DNA of 23,259 bases, taken from the NCBI GenBank assembly GCA_019358935.1, contig JAHHIK010000123.1:1-23259 (forward strand), read 5' to 3'. A program made the position numbers and the translations under genes. Under the pieces are notes generated by a model, which had not been told where the DNA came from, searched no databases, and was given only the letters and a program-made list of their open reading frames with translations. Position 1 is the first letter of the stretch. Each line of letters begins with the position of its first letter. Below, one piece after another: positions 7,294-15,670 of the stretch. The stretch is from Tolypothrix carrinoi HA7290-LM1 (GTDB lineage: Bacteria > Cyanobacteriota > Cyanobacteriia > Cyanobacteriales > Nostocaceae).

Positions 7294-9531
7294 TCATCTT
7301 GCCGATGGTAGACTTTTATTCTTGCGACTTTTAAGAATTGGACGCAAACCGTTGACTCCGGCAACTACCGTTGAGCCGTTGTTAACTACCGTTGCAGCTA
7401 AGGGGTTAAGACCAAAGAGAACGGCTATTATTAATGCCGCTAAGTTAGGAACGGCAACAAGACCTGTGTTTTGTCGAATCAATTGCTTGGCTTGACGAGC
7501 GATCGCTAAAGCTTCTAATAAACCATGCAAGTCATTCTGCATCAACACTAAGTCTGCTGTCTCGCGGGCTATTTCAGAACCGTTGGCAAAGGATACGGAA
7601 ACATCAGCGTAGGCTAAAGCTGGCGAATCGTTGATGCCATCGCCTACAAATGCAACTGTCTTGCCTTGTTCGTGCAGTTGGCGGACTACTGTTGCTTTTT
7701 GTTCTGGAAAAGCTTCTGCGTGAGTTGCGGATGGCAATATACCAAGTTCAGCAGCAACAGCGGTAGCGGTTCGCTTATTATCGCCGGTTAGCATGTGAAT
7801 TTCCACACCTTCTTTTGAAAGTGCTGTAATGACTTCTCGGCTTTCCGGACGCAGAAGGTCACTATATTTAATAATACCTTGAAGTTGACTGTTGCTGGCT
7901 ACATAAATCGCTGAATCTGCTGATTTTTGCTGACCATTTAGCGCTTCGGTGTCAATGCCACGGTCGCGCAAAAAGCGATCGCTCCCGACGTAAACTGTCT
8001 CTCCATCAATCAAAGCTTGCACGCCCAAACCTAGTTGATAGTCCCACTTGCTACGCGGTAAAATTGCTACTTGCTGTGCTTCCGCATAGCGAACAATTGC
8101 TTCTGCTACTGGATGAGTTAAACGCTGTTCGGCGGCTGCTGCCAATTCTAACACCCGCAATGTTGAAGTTGCCGGATTGAGACTTTCTACACTGACAACA
8201 TCGACTTCTCCCTTAGTCAGTGTCCCTGTCTTATCAAAGACAATCGTATCAACTTCTGCTAGTTGTTCTAACGCCCGTCCGCTACGGATAAGAATACCCC
8301 GCCGTGCAGCATAAGTTAAGGCTGCTAAAACTGTTGTCGGGACTGATACTCGAATCCCGGTAGCAAAGTCTAAAGTTAAGACGCTGGCTGCTCGTGAGGG
8401 GTTGCGGGTTGCGGCAAATACTGCCCCACCAAGTAGCAAAGTTGGCACAACAGCTTTTTGAGCAAATTTTGTGGCATAATTTTCCATGCGGGTATCGTGG
8501 ACTGGCGCTTCTTGCATTAACTTAATGCTCTGTCCGGCGCGGGTATCATTGCCTACGCGTTCTGTAAGAATATAAATTCGTCCTTCCCGCACCAGCGTAG
8601 AAGCAAAAACTGGTTGTCCCTTCTTTTTCAAGACAGGCATCGATTCGCCAGTTAGTTTCTGCTCATCTAGTAACGCTTTACCTCGCAAAATGCTACCATC
8701 AACCGGCACTTGTTCGCCAGGGTAAACAATCACTGTATCCCCACGCTGGACATCTTGAATGGGAATTTGTACCTTTTCCCCATTGCGTTCTACCCAGACA
8801 AATTGTCCCAGAGAACTAAGTAAATCTAGGGTTTGTTGAGCCGAAGAACGAGCCGTGCGATCGCGTATATTTTCGCCGACTTCAATTAAACTGAGCATTA
8901 GCGATGGTGTGAGAAATTGACCTTGGAAGGTAGTAATAGCGATCGCCATCAAATCCAAAAAGTCAATATTCAGTTTTCGCTCTACTGTAATACCTGACCA
9001 TGCTCGTTGAACAACAGGTAATGTGGCAATGGCGATCGGCAGCGCTACTATTAACGGTGGGATCGGTAATCCCAAAGGTCCCCCCAACACAGCTAAAGTA
9101 GTTGCAACAGCAGAAAGTTGTAAACCGGGCCAAGATGTCTCTTTTTCGGTTGACGTGACGGTATTTTTCAGAACGACTACTTCACTTGCAGCCTGAATCA
9201 AATCGTGAAGGTGCGATCGCATTTTCGCATCGTCAACTTTAGCAGATTTATAAGTAACTGCAACTGACATTGCCGCCGGCTTGACACGGACATTCTTTAC
9301 CAACGCATCTGCTGTTAACAATACTTCTAGACGCTTGGCATAATCTGCATCACAGCGTAAGCGAGGCACGCGAAACCGCAGCCTTCCCGGAATTGCATGA
9401 ACAACGCTGTATGTAACGTTGGGAAACTGTCCTTGATGTCCATTACTGTCAATTGAAGAAACTTTACCATTCCCTTCCACCACAGTCACTTGAGTTGGGG
9501 GTGATGGTAGTTCCAGTGTTACTTTTGCCAT
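7294..9531 (-). CDS. P1B-type heavy-metal-translocating ATPase, P1B-6/FezB-like
   Basis: LTGES, DKTGT (8221-8235), HP and GDGINDSPAL motifs are present, along with an N-terminal 'HAIPGRLRFRVP' domain. 'LDFATG' replaces CPC and 'VNNGST' lies in the last TM. The ATG at 9531 is preferred over the TTG at 9549. Confidence 0.9.
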   Translation of the reverse strand: MAKVTLELPSPPTQVTVVEGNGKVSSIDSNGHQGQFPNVTYSVVHAIPGRLRFRVPRLRCDADYAKRLEVLLTADALVKNVRVKPAAMSVAVTYKSAKVDDAKMRSHLHDLIQAASEVVVLKNTVTSTEKETSWPGLQLSAVATTLAVLGGPLGLPIPPLIVALPIAIATLPVVQRAWSGITVERKLNIDFLDLMAIAITTFQGQFLTPSLMLSLIEVGENIRDRTARSSAQQTLDLLSSLGQFVWVERNGEKVQIPIQDVQRGDTVIVYPGEQVPVDGSILRGKALLDEQKLTGESMPVLKKKGQPVFASTLVREGRIYILTERVGNDTRAGQSIKLMQEAPVHDTRMENYATKFAQKAVVPTLLLGGAVFAATRNPSRAASVLTLDFATGIRVSVPTTVLAALTYAARRGILIRSGRALEQLAEVDTIVFDKTGTLTKGEVDVVSVESLNPATSTLRVLELAAAAEQRLTHPVAEAIVRYAEAQQVAILPRSKWDYQLGLGVQALIDGETVYVGSDRFLRDRGIDTEALNGQQKSADSAIYVASNSQLQGIIKYSDLLRPESREVITALSKEGVEIHMLTGDNKRTATAVAAELGILPSATHAEAFPEQKATVVRQLHEQGKTVAFVGDGINDSPALAYADVSVSFANGSEIARETADLVLMQNDLHGLLEALAIARQAKQLIRQNTGLVAVPNLAALIIAVLFGLNPLAATVVNNGSTVVAGVNGLRPILKSRKNKSLPSAR

Positions 9532-9667
9532 TAGTTTTCTTTGATACAAAATTGTGAAAATGAAAATCAGGCTCTTTGCTGAGGTAAAGAAAGCAAATTA
9601 GCCACCAATCCTGCAAGATTGATTAGCTATGAACAGGTTATTTGTCAAATTCTGCTAGTAGGGTTAG

Positions 9668-10480
9668 CTAACTTATCGCTGCTGCGGGATCGTTGGCAGA
9701 TTGAATTAGACTGGCTAGATGGGATATTGCTGCTGACAAGAAGCTTTGCACTCGCTTGTGGGAATCCCGCATCATCCCAGTTTTATAGGTAATGACAATT
9801 GATCTGGCAGCGCTATTAACTCGCTCACTCGTAACTGTAGAATCCGATGTGAGTAATGCCTTTAAGCGTTGGACATATTGTGGATCGCTGGCAATTCGAG
9901 GTATGCGAAACCGCACTCTTCCGGGAATTGCATGAGCAACGCTATAAGCTACTTTTGTCGGTTGCTTTGTTTGTTGAATTACGGGTTGAGAATGAGTAGA
10001 GGATACCGAGTTGCTTTTAGTTTTAGAGACTGACGCATCCAAAAAGGACTTTGGCTTTGTATCCTGCCTGGATTCTAGGTTCTTGGCAACTGGGTATAAT
10101 TTTAATTGGTTTGCAGTTGCTGCTAGCACTTCTACATTACCAGCAAACTGAATCAAATTGCAAAGATGCGATCGCATTTCAACATCTGACATGACACCAC
10201 AATTGTAAGTAATGACAATTGACCCGGCGGTAGTATTATTGATATTGATTTGCTGACTTATTACCAAAGGTTCATTGGCAAGCAAAGCCAGAAGGCGTTG
10301 CAGATATTTTGGATATAAGCTAATTTGAGGTATGCAAAATCCCACTTGTCCGGGAAGTGCATAAGTAATGCTATATACTACCTTTGCAGGCGGCGTTACT
10401 GGGCAATTAATCTCGTCTGTGACTATTTGCGCTTGTTTTCTATCTAGATGCGATCCCATTTCCAACGTTAAACCAGCCAT
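9668..10480 (-). CDS. Tandem HMA2-like domain protein (one degenerate, one canonical copy)
   Basis: Domain 1 is 'YSITYALPGQVGFCIP...AGSIVITY' and domain 2 is 'YSVAHAIPGRVRFRIP...RVNSAARSIVITY'. A Ser/Lys/Gln-rich linker joins them. Confidence 0.8.
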   Translation of the reverse strand: MAGLTLEMGSHLDRKQAQIVTDEINCPVTPPAKVVYSITYALPGQVGFCIPQISLYPKYLQRLLALLANEPLVISQQININNTTAGSIVITYNCGVMSDVEMRSHLCNLIQFAGNVEVLAATANQLKLYPVAKNLESRQDTKPKSFLDASVSKTKSNSVSSTHSQPVIQQTKQPTKVAYSVAHAIPGRVRFRIPRIASDPQYVQRLKALLTSDSTVTSERVNSAARSIVITYKTGMMRDSHKRVQSFLSAAISHLASLIQSANDPAAAIS

Positions 10481-10514
10481 AATTTACCTTGAGTATTCCG
10501 CTTCAAACTGTGTC

Positions 10515-11771
10515 TTACGTTTCTAAAGGTAAGTTCGCCATAATACCTAAGGAGAAAGACATCGCTGGCGATTTTAGGTTAGTCCACGGACTGGATAATG
10601 TTGACTGACTAACTTTTAAATTTGTTTGATTCGCCGTTGTTGCCTCTGTAATTTCCGCAGTCTGACTAATTTCTGATTGTTGGTATGTTGGCGGGTTTGT
10701 CTCTAGCGCCAACTCGATCAAACTCACCCAATGAGATAATGGTATCTCACTCTGCTGATAAGCGATCGCGATCGATGCCGCATCATAATTTACTCGCACG
10801 CTTGTAACTTGAGCATCAGTTTTTACTAATCTCTCAAGTCGCCGTCCATAAGCGCGATCGACAGCGATTTTCGGCACATTCAACCGAATACGTCCATTAA
10901 TTGCATGGACTACGCTGTAGTCAATCTTTGCAGGTGCTACCCCCTCACTAGTACTCGACCAACCCAATTTTGACGGGTGAAGGCTAGCAGGGGAGGCAGG
11001 GGAAGCAGGGGAGGCAGGGGGAGAAAAGAACTTGGTTTTCTTACCATAAACCCCGCAAAGTTTCTTTGGTGAACTACTAGCTTTATCAACATTTGTTGAC
11101 TTTTCTTCTTGGATTGATAATTCCGATTTGTCTTTGATGTCGCTTTTTATCGCAGAACTCGGATGATAATTTTTATTTTTTTCTGATGTCGAAACTTGAC
11201 CAAGATAACCAATTACACTACGAGTTGCATCTGCTGCAATCATGTAGACTGGAATCGATACCCAGCCATAAATTCCCAACCCTCTTGTTACCGCCAAGCC
11301 TGTCATCATCGGAATTAAGGAAATGCCCTGTTCTTTCCAAAATGAAAGCGATTTCCAAGCTGCAAAAGGATCCAGATTGCTAGCTGAATCAGACTTTGCT
11401 TGCGGTTGGATGTCAAAATTCGAGTTTTTAGCCAAAATTTGCGGCAATGACAGCTTATCTTCATCAAAATTAATTACCAAACTGCCCGTTTGCTCATTCA
11501 CACAAACTTCTCTGACTCCATCTAAGGAGCGTAAATCTTGGGCAATGCTGTCTAATATCGAGTTAAGACTACTGTCAGTAGTGCAAAGTCGCACCCGACC
11601 AGTAGTTACATGAACTATTTGCAAGCCACCTGAGGGCTGTAACCCCGTTGACTGTGCCATAGTTTTAGTTGTACTCTGATTAACTTCATTGCTTTGTTGT
11701 GTAGAGATGAAGTCAGGTGATATTTTAGCGGACAGATTTAATTTTTTGTGATTGCTGATACTTTTAGTCAT
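10515..11771 (-). CDS. Protein with two HMA2-like domains flanking a membrane hairpin
   Basis: 'IVHVTTGRVRL...VNEQTGSLVINF', then the hydrophobic 'LIPMMTGLAVTRGLGIYGWVSIPVYMIAA', then 'YSVVHAINGRIRLNVP...RVNYDAASIAIAY'. Confidence 0.8.
   Translation of the reverse strand: MTKSISNHKKLNLSAKISPDFISTQQSNEVNQSTTKTMAQSTGLQPSGGLQIVHVTTGRVRLCTTDSSLNSILDSIAQDLRSLDGVREVCVNEQTGSLVINFDEDKLSLPQILAKNSNFDIQPQAKSDSASNLDPFAAWKSLSFWKEQGISLIPMMTGLAVTRGLGIYGWVSIPVYMIAADATRSVIGYLGQVSTSEKNKNYHPSSAIKSDIKDKSELSIQEEKSTNVDKASSSPKKLCGVYGKKTKFFSPPASPASPASPASLHPSKLGWSSTSEGVAPAKIDYSVVHAINGRIRLNVPKIAVDRAYGRRLERLVKTDAQVTSVRVNYDAASIAIAYQQSEIPLSHWVSLIELALETNPPTYQQSEISQTAEITEATTANQTNLKVSQSTLSSPWTNLKSPAMSFSLGIMANLPLET
10948..11080. 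mobile_element. In-frame MITE-like insertion in the 10515-11771 gene
   Basis: Imperfect terminal IRs CTAGTACTCGACCAA / TTGGTGAACTACTAG, with CTAG at both ends, and an internal (GCAGGGGAR)n tandem. 133 - 4 = 129 bp = 43 codons. Confidence 0.8.
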
Positions 11772-12229
11772 TTACCCCATTACCCAATAGCTAAATCAAG
11801 CCAATAGGTTAACAATAAATTAAATGTAACGTAACTTTCAGGTTAAATCTATCTCTTCCGGATTATTTTATATAAAAAATTATTAAGAATTCGCTGTTGA
11901 TATTCTTGCTCAGTAACTATGTCTAAAATACTGTTCAATTAATGAAAAAATGGCGTAGATATAGTGAAGCTGTAACTATTATTATTTGAATTATCCTGAT
12001 AATTTTAGTTTTTAATCTTGAGACTCTTCATAAATAGGTTTTAATTCGGTTTGCGGCTCAGTTTTGATATTAATCAGGCGTTGCGGGTTATTAAATGCAA
12101 ATATACTATTTCAGGCGATCTTTGTTAACTCCAATTCTTGCGGTGAGACTCTCTGTGCGGATTTAATCAAATCAGCTGCCTTTTGTGCGATCGCAGACAA
12201 AGCATCGCAACGATCCACAATTTACGAGT

Positions 12230-12251
12230 GCGATAATTCATGAATTATCGC
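12230..12251. repeat. Perfect 22-bp palindrome in the divergent intergenic region
   Basis: GCGATAATTCATGAATTATCGC is self-complementary. Confidence 0.85.
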
Positions 12252-12567
12252 TACAGAAGATATGTTTTGCGCTCCCAATAGATGTAGTTGAAATCAGCGT
12301 TTAGTTTTCTCTGTTGTATTTACCTTATTGGGAATACCTGAATTGATTTATGCAGTTTTTGGAAAAAAAAGAATATTTCCCAAAACCAGACAAACTCAAA
12401 CAGCGTAAAATCACGTATCCTATTATAAGAAAAGGTACTTATAAACCACGCAATCAGGCGGCGAAATCTGCTTGATTTGGCTGTTTTTATATTTCCTGCT
12501 TTAAATTTCTTTAACTCAGCATTGCTGGGTCATTTTCCATGCATTAGTCTAAAGTCGAGTCATAAGC

Positions 12568-15342
12568 ATGAGGAGTCAAAGCGTGAGGAGTCAAGAAAAA
12601 CGAATAAGGAAGAACGATTTAAGCAAAAAGAGAAAATTGCTAATACCTTTAGCCTTTTACTTTTTACCTTTTAGCTTCTTTAACATCAAGCCTGCGATCG
12701 CAGCGACTCAAAGCCCTATATTAACGATAGTGCAGAGCCAAGAAAATACTAATCAGTGGACAGGGATAACAAACCGCTTGCAACAAGCCGGGGTAAATTA
12801 TTGTGTGATTTCCTTGACAAATGTCAGGAGTGCGGCAGATTGGGGCGATCGCCAAGTGTTATTTTTACCGAATGTAGATACATTAACACCCGCACAAGCG
12901 ATCGCTCTCGAAGAATGGATGAGCAAAGGTGGGCGATTAATTGCCTCAGGACCTGTAGGTACTTTATCAGCACCGGGAGTGCGGCAGTTATTGCAAACAC
13001 TCTTAGGGGGTTATTGGGGATTTAGCCTCAATGATGCACAACAATTGCAACCCGTAAAAAACAACTTACAAAATTGGGCAAACCAAAACGGACTTTTTGG
13101 TAAAGTGCGCGGCGGTGTTGTCGTTGCTGATAATGCAAACAGTGAAGCTGCTGCTGTTTGGAATTCTAAAGATAATCCCGCCGCCGTCGTCGCAACTGAA
13201 CGATCCACCTTTTTTGGCTGGCGTTGGGGGGTAGATACAGCTTCATCTCCTGAGTTAGATACAGCTTGGTTAAAAGCCGCTGTCAACCGTCATGTGAAAG
13301 AAGCAGCAAATACCTCAAATAAAGTAGAAGGCGGTTCGCCAAATTGTTCTACATCCGTCGCCCTCGCTTCCCCCACTCCTGTTCGGACGGGGGAATCTCA
13401 AATAAAACCCCAAAGGGCGGGGGAGGCTCAAATAAAACCCCAAAGGGCGGGGGAATCACGCCCCTACACATCTTTCCCCGCACCTCTCACCGCTACTGCA
13501 CCCCAATCTAGACCGATTCCTAATGTCAACCCCCCAAAGTCAGAAGAAGCGATCGATCAACTTGAACAAGCAGTGCGTTTGGATGTTGTCCCTAACTCAA
13601 ATGCGCCGATTAGTAATAGTGATGCGATCGCCTTACAACAAGAATTACAAAATCTCATCGGTCGAGTTGACAGCGCCAATTTAACCGCCAACGCCATTGA
13701 CAACAATCCCCAAATTGTCAAGCAGGCGCAGCCTACCCAAGTCGCATCCACCAGACCTGGAGTGCTAATTTCTACCACCAACCAAGCCAGAGAAATTGCC
13801 AAAAACTTACCTCAGTTAATTGCCCAACAAAAATACGCCGAAGCGCGTCAGCAATGGATTCAAGCAAAAGGCAATTTGTGGCAGCAATTTCCCGTCGATC
13901 GCCAATTGGCTCAACCAGAAATTCGCGCCGTCTGGTTAGACAGAGGTACAATTGTCCGTGCCAGAAACGAACAGGGACTGGCTGAGATATTTGATCGGCT
14001 GTCAAAAGCCGGTATTAACACTATCTTTTTTGAAACCGTCAACGCCAGTTATACAATTTATCCCAGTCAAGTTGCGCCTCAGCAAAACCCCTTAACTCGT
14101 GGCTGGGACCCTTTAGCAGCAGCAGTGAAATTAGCCCATGAGCGCAACATGGAATTACACGCTTGGGTTTGGACATTTGCTGCTGGCAACCAGCGCCACA
14201 ACGAAGTTATCAACGCTCCTGCTAATTACCCAGGACCAGTGCTAGCGGCTCATCCTGACTGGGCAAACTACGATAACCGGGGTAACATGATTCCCGCAGG
14301 ACAAACTAAGCCATTTTTCGACCAAGCTAATCCGGAATTGCGGCAGTATTTACTTAGGCTGTATGAAGAAATTGTTACCCGCTATGATGTAGATGGGCTG
14401 CAACTAGACTACATTCGCTATCCTTTCCAAGACCCAGCCGCAGGCAGAATTTACGGTTATGGTAAAGCTGCCAGAGCGCAGTTTCAACAACTTAATGGCG
14501 TAGATCCAATTAGTATTTCTCCCTCTCAACGGGATTTGTGGCAAAAGTGGACGGAATTTCGCACCCAACAAGTTGATAGTTTTGTCGCTCAAGCTTCACA
14601 GCAGTTGCGACAAAAGCGACCTAATTTAATTGTCTCAGTTGCCGTATTTCCCCTGCCAGAACTAGAACGCATTCAGAAAATCCAACAGCATTGGGAAGTT
14701 TGGGCAAGACAGGGAGATATAGATTTAATTGTCCCCATGACTTATGCCTTAGATACTCCTCGCTTCCAGCGACTAGCACAACCTTGGATTGCTTCCACAA
14801 AATTAGGTGCAACTTTGTTAGTGCCGGGAATTCGCTTGCTTTCTTTGCCGGTAATTGGCGCATTCGATCAAATTCAGGTAATCAGGGACTTGCCAGTTAG
14901 CGGTTACGCATTGTTTGCCGCCGAAAATCTGACCAACGAGTTACAGAAAGTCTTTGGTAATACTCAAGGTAATATTCGCCAAGGTGAAATTATTCCTCAC
15001 CGCCAACCTTTTAAAACTGCTGCCGTGCGTTACACAGCGCTGCAACGCGAATGGAAGTTTGTCTTGCAAAACGACCAATTGCGTCTACCTCAAACGACAC
15101 TTTCAACTTTTAACAGCCAAACAGAAGTTTTGCAAAATGCTTTAGATCAGCTTTCTGCCGCACCTTCTGCGAGTAAGTTAATCGCCGCAAAAGCTTCTTT
15201 AACTCGCTTTCAGTCTCAATTCCGCATTTGGATGCGCCAAGAAAATATTGATAATCCTTATCAAGTTAGAGCCTGGGAAAATCGCCTTGCCACTATCGAA
15301 AGGTTATTGCGATACGGTGAGCGGGTGCAGTTGAGGCGATAG
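12568..15342 (+). CDS. Secreted GHL10 / DUF187 (family 10-like) glycoside hydrolase
   Basis: Basic-hydrophobic signal peptide ending AIAA. TIM-barrel motifs EIRAVWLDRG, GINTIFFE, LHAWVW, GLQLDYIRYP and DLIVPMTY. Pro-rich linker. Confidence 0.85.
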   Translation: MRSQSVRSQEKRIRKNDLSKKRKLLIPLAFYFLPFSFFNIKPAIAATQSPILTIVQSQENTNQWTGITNRLQQAGVNYCVISLTNVRSAADWGDRQVLFLPNVDTLTPAQAIALEEWMSKGGRLIASGPVGTLSAPGVRQLLQTLLGGYWGFSLNDAQQLQPVKNNLQNWANQNGLFGKVRGGVVVADNANSEAAAVWNSKDNPAAVVATERSTFFGWRWGVDTASSPELDTAWLKAAVNRHVKEAANTSNKVEGGSPNCSTSVALASPTPVRTGESQIKPQRAGEAQIKPQRAGESRPYTSFPAPLTATAPQSRPIPNVNPPKSEEAIDQLEQAVRLDVVPNSNAPISNSDAIALQQELQNLIGRVDSANLTANAIDNNPQIVKQAQPTQVASTRPGVLISTTNQAREIAKNLPQLIAQQKYAEARQQWIQAKGNLWQQFPVDRQLAQPEIRAVWLDRGTIVRARNEQGLAEIFDRLSKAGINTIFFETVNASYTIYPSQVAPQQNPLTRGWDPLAAAVKLAHERNMELHAWVWTFAAGNQRHNEVINAPANYPGPVLAAHPDWANYDNRGNMIPAGQTKPFFDQANPELRQYLLRLYEEIVTRYDVDGLQLDYIRYPFQDPAAGRIYGYGKAARAQFQQLNGVDPISISPSQRDLWQKWTEFRTQQVDSFVAQASQQLRQKRPNLIVSVAVFPLPELERIQKIQQHWEVWARQGDIDLIVPMTYALDTPRFQRLAQPWIASTKLGATLLVPGIRLLSLPVIGAFDQIQVIRDLPVSGYALFAAENLTNELQKVFGNTQGNIRQGEIIPHRQPFKTAAVRYTALQREWKFVLQNDQLRLPQTTLSTFNSQTEVLQNALDQLSAAPSASKLIAAKASLTRFQSQFRIWMRQENIDNPYQVRAWENRLATIERLLRYGERVQLRR
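13388..13459 (+). repeat. 30-bp in-frame tandem duplication (2.4 copies) in the GHL10 linker
   Basis: CGGGGGAATCTCAAATAAAACCCCAAAGGG / CGGGGGAGGCTCAAATAAAACCCCAAAGGG / CGGGGGAATCAC, translating as GESQIKPQRA-GEAQIKPQRA-GES. Confidence 0.85.
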
Positions 15343-15534
15343 GAATGGGTAATGGGTAATCGGTAATGGGTAATTGGGAATTGGGAATTGGTAATGGGTA
15401 ATTGGGAATTGGTAATTGGTAATAGAAAGAAATTATCTCCCCATGCCCCATGCCCCATTCTCCATTCTCCATTACCCATTCCCCATTCTCCATTACCCAT
15501 TCCCCATTCCCCATTCCCCATTCCCCATTACCCC
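15343..15534. repeat. Two STRR heptamer arrays in inverted orientation
   Basis: (GGGTAAT/GGGAATT)n at 15343-15423 and (CCCCATT/CTCCATT/ACCCATT)n at 15439-15534, directly after the GHL10 stop codon. Confidence 0.9.
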
Positions 15535-15670
15535 TTGTCTCCTTGCAGACGAAAATTACAGTAAAAATACGCGAGTGTTTCTGAGGGTTGGGCGCAAAAA
15601 TATGAAAGGATACTTTATATAAGCTCGTAAGGACGTACATATTTTGTGATACGATCGCTCGCTATCATCT

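Noticed and set aside
7294..9531. Naming the ATPase zntA/cadA/copA or fezB
   Set aside because: It lacks CPC and CxxC and also deviates from FezB's D(F/Y)SC/HNxxT motifs. A symbol needs phylogenetic support.
11772..12567. NtcA box or small RNA in the long divergent intergenic region
   Set aside because: No convincing GTA-N8-TAC site or recognisable RNA family was seen by eye.
15261..15640. ORFs with MGNGEW / PIPHSPF repeats
   Set aside because: These are translations of STRR heptamer arrays.
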